Assembly: GCA_964035545.1 (NCBI GenBank)
Contig: OZ037773.1
Coordinates: 9,639,751-9,703,750, forward strand
Direction of reading: 5' to 3'
From: Bugula neritina
Lineage: Eukaryota; Animalia; Bryozoa
Length of the DNA: 64,000 nt
A program made the position numbers and the translations under genes. Of the stretch, positions 63,501-64,000 are shown piece after piece (positions within the stretch are counted from its first letter, which is position 1; each line of letters opens with the position of its first letter). The notes below the pieces were generated by a model that made no database searches, was not told the origin of the DNA, and worked only from the letters and a program-made list of their open reading frames with translations.

Positions 63501-64000
63501 AAAATGTCATACAATTTGATAAGAAATAAAATAAGTATTTTGCCATGCAACTGCTTAATATAACAATAAGTGCTGCTAAACTTTAAATTTAAAAAGATTT
63601 CTCTCACTAACCTTGAGAAGTCGGCTTTCTGCATGCAAATCAAAACTCTGATCAACTTCTTCATTCCAAGTTTCATACTTGTAGTTGAACACATTGAGTA
63701 GAGGGCAGGACAAAAGGCTTTCATCTGGAAAAAGGACTGAAAGTTTTTAGGAGTTTAACAAGTTTAGTAATTTCAACCACAATTCTCCTCAGTTTTTAGA
63801 TATTTCCAATTTTGAGGCACTTTATTTAGCAGAAACACAAATTTGTTTCACCATATTCAGTGACAACAATGCAATTTGCATCATATCACAACTTTTATTC
63901 GATTGTCTACTTGAAACAGTAGTTGGGTTTAGGGTTCAAAAGGTCTAACTAATCCAGGACAGACCTGTAACTGTTTTCTGTGGCACCATCTCCATGATCA
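60530..64000 (-). CDS. 3' part of a gene with tandem CTHRC1 C-terminal-like domains; exons 64000-63965 (continues beyond window), 63724-63612, 63400-63294, 63063-62954, 62838-62668, 62370-62160, 61612-61515, 60717-60530
   Basis: Two complete repeats: YTKVADDTSLRIKYS..CARW-FVKIGDSECSP..RT-LEGICD..IYIGRC..TGGFNSPSRLHIEEV and YVKEYADTGLRLTAS..CGRW-YFKIDSSECVTPGRIEG..VSGMCHGI..IGYCSGY..AYTGWQSSFHIFVEEL. Both match the CTHRC1 pattern as recalled (FTK..S.LRV..CQRWYFTFNGAECSGP..VEGLCEGI..VGTC..TGWNSVSRIIIEEL). All junctions in phase. Confidence 0.8.
61780..62065 (+). repeat. Degenerate pentamer repeat (TGCAA/TACAA)n
   Basis: aatgcaatataatgtaatgcaatgaaatgtaaaacaat... Confidence 0.75.

Overview
AT-rich, intron-rich eukaryotic DNA, probably an invertebrate animal; the taxon cannot be fixed from sequence alone. 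All gene models were spliced by hand from GT-AG sites and exon phases. Left to right: (1) a small 3-exon secreted PAN/apple-like gene on the minus strand, head-to-head with (2) an intact 7-exon TRIM gene (RING, two B-boxes, coiled coil, NHL-like propeller). (3) A ~50 kb head-to-tail array of five related type I membrane receptor genes, A-E. The full form has 19 exons and ~1140 aa: signal peptide, 3 atypical Ig-like domains, 3 sushi/CCP, 4 FN3-like, 1 CCP, TM, and a ~70 aa tail with a (K/R)YSxL motif. D and E look intact, B is interrupted by an in-frame 5'-truncated LINE, C carries three stop codons, and A is a short divergent member without the Ig and N-terminal CCP modules. The paralogues are sequence mosaics, with divergence concentrated in the membrane-distal Ig domains. 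(4) The 3' part of a convergent minus-strand gene built of tandem CTHRC1 C-terminal-like domains; a paralogous exon fragment of this family sits upstream of receptors C, D and E. MITEs, tRNA-derived SINEs and microsatellites fill the introns. The best candidate for an undescribed system is the Ig-CCP-FN3 receptor array, organised like a diversifying immune or allorecognition cluster. That function is inference only.
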